A stretch of 64,000 bases of DNA from Vicugna vicugna (lineage: Eukaryota), in NCBI GenBank assembly GCA_013265495.1, contig MU058844.1:626941-690940 (forward strand). The letters are read 5' to 3'. Numbering within the stretch: position 1 is the first letter of the stretch; the number at the start of each line of letters is the position of its first letter. The notes under the pieces are model-generated. The model was not told where the DNA came from. It made no database searches and saw nothing but the letters and a program-made list of their open reading frames with translations. Below, one piece after another: positions 62,492 through 64,000 of this stretch. Both the position numbers and the translations under genes were made by a program.

Positions 62492-62885
62492 TGTAACTCT
62501 GGCCAGAAACCAGGTGGGAGTTTCCCATGTTCCCTGCTCTGGGGCTCTACCATCAATGAGTCTCCATCTCTGGGTCTCTCTTCTACCTCCTAAGCTACTA
62601 TTTCCTATTATCTTCACTATGAATTCCTAATAAGGAACATTTGATCAGCCCCATAAATTCCCGTCACTTCTGTTCAGGCAGAATCTTCTTGCTAGGATAC
62701 CTCAAAGGTTTTTGGCTGCCGATTGACTTCCTTTGGGTCAAGCACCAAAACAGCTCTAATCAGTTATGCCAGGTTGGGCAGGGGAACTGGGAACAGATGG
62801 TGGCCACTGCTCTATAAGTCATTGTCTGGGAATCCTCCTAGGAGAGCTTGTATATGAGGACATTTCCTAAGAAGTTAGTGTGACA
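62492..62885 (-). mobile_element. Ancient ERVL/MaLR-type LTR
   Basis: TGTAAC...GTGACA termini; internal TTTGGGTCAAGCACC...CTAATCAGTTATGCCAGG. Confidence 0.45.
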
Positions 62886-62944
62886 GTCCCTGCTCTCAAG
62901 TATAGATGGATGGATTTAGGGAAGTCCTACATCCATCTATGAAA

Positions 62945-63128
62945 AGAAAGTATGGTTGGACAAGTTGGACCAAGCTATCTATGAACTTGCCAGATCCCTC
63001 TTGGGACAGGTTAGTAAGATGACTAGCTGTATTCCATTGTACAGCCATGGACTACAAGAAAGCTAACTGTCCCAAGCATATTTAAAACCCAAAACTTTGG
63101 CCTTCTTAGTCTTAGCTCAACCCAGCTC
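62945..63128 (-). mobile_element. MamSINE1-like ancient tRNA-derived SINE
   Basis: Minus strand reads CTAAGAAGGCCAAAGTTTTGGGTT...GGGACAGTTAGCTTT...TCCATGGC...CAGCTAGTCATCTTAC...CAAGAGGGATCTGGCAAG, collinear with the recalled consensus. Confidence 0.6.
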
Positions 63129-63319
63129 ACTGGTAATAGTAACTGTGAAAAACACAGACACTAGAACAAAGTGTCCTTATTACTGGTTCACCATAAACCC
63201 TTACTTGTCCCAAGTTAGGGATCCAAAGACAAATAAGACTTGCCACCTGTCCTGGTAGAGACGACATAAGAATAGACATTATATTGTTTGATATTAAAAA
63301 AAAAGCTGAATTGAGATGG

Positions 63320-63560
63320 CAATGGGCTGGGGGCTAGAGGGCAGGAATTCTGGCGCCGACTCTGTCACTTTCCGGTTGCACGAGTGTGGCTCTACTATTT
63401 GAATGCTCTGAATCATAGTTTTCTTATGTTAAAATGGGGATAATAAAACTTGCTTTGCTTGGCTCTATGGTTTTCAGAGGAACTAAATAAGATAATATAT
63501 GTGAAAATGCTTTACTTTAAATTGCCAAAGCAAAACAAAGCTTTAAGAAATTATTGCCTT
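63320..63560 (+). mobile_element. MIR
   Basis: CAGGAATTCTGGCGCC...CTCTGAATCATAGTTTTCTT...AAAATGGGGATAATAA...AAGATAATATATGTGAAAATGCTTT. Confidence 0.75.
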
Positions 63561-64000
63561 AGTTTTGAGTATTATATTGGCAGAACCAAACCATTCATTA
63601 CTGGCGCCATTCTCATTCCTGTCATTAAACACATTCTTTGTGCTCTCAAGGTCTTTGTGAATAAGTTTAAAGAAAATCTGATCATGTTGGAAATGTGTAT
63701 TTTAGCGATGTCCATTTGGTTTCAAAGAACATCTGATAAAGGCTTAAAAAGTTTTAAAGTACAAACTGAATATTAAAAGCACCGGTTAAAAGTTAATGAA
63801 GCAGTGCCCATCAGGAAAGAGAAGCTGTTTGCTGAGGGTGAGACAGTGCCCCTGTCTTTTGCAAGAAGTTTCAAACCTCAGAACTGTGCTAGAAATTTCC
63901 AAAGGGACTGATTGGATTCCAGTCATATTAAATTTTATGGAAGACTTTTCAACCATGGTCATCCAAAGTTCCAGAACAATTATGGTTTCAAATGATTTTT

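Noticed and set aside
1..64000. Strand bias of L1/LTR insertions as evidence of a + strand host gene
   Set aside because: L1 fragments are roughly 9 minus to 7 plus and MaLRs go both ways; three minus-strand young LTRs are too few to conclude anything.

Overview
Mammalian non-coding genomic DNA, most likely camelid (alpaca/camel lineage), judged from two tRNA-Ala-derived Vic-1-type SINEs and the young L1 3' ends. I recognise no host protein-coding exon, RNA gene, CRISPR array or operon-like system. The window reads as intergenic or deep-intronic, with much of it made of interspersed repeats: L1, L2, L3/CR1, MIR, MamSINE1, ERV1/ERVK/ERVL/MaLR LTRs, and Tigger and hAT DNA transposons. Subfamily names come from my recall of consensus sequences, not a database search, and boundaries of old repeats are approximate. 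The longer ORFs in the track are L1 remnants, microsatellite read-through or chance frames. Clearest sequence-level observations: (1) a 4.2-kb L1 with a twin-priming 5' inversion and apparent target-site loss (15410-19634); (2) a perfect 19-copy 20-bp higher-order microsatellite inside it; (3) a young ERVK-type solo LTR with a 6-bp TSD (25852-26415); (4) an ERV1 solo LTR split by a young L1, giving a 347-codon LTR/L1 fused ORF (29930-30973); (5) a ~280-bp AT-rich imperfect palindrome (49644-49924); (6) a perfect 289-bp-period duplication at the window start. More speculative: several motif-dense repeat-poor blocks (candidate enhancers) and three candidate + strand exons. I did not find a convincing previously undescribed biological system.
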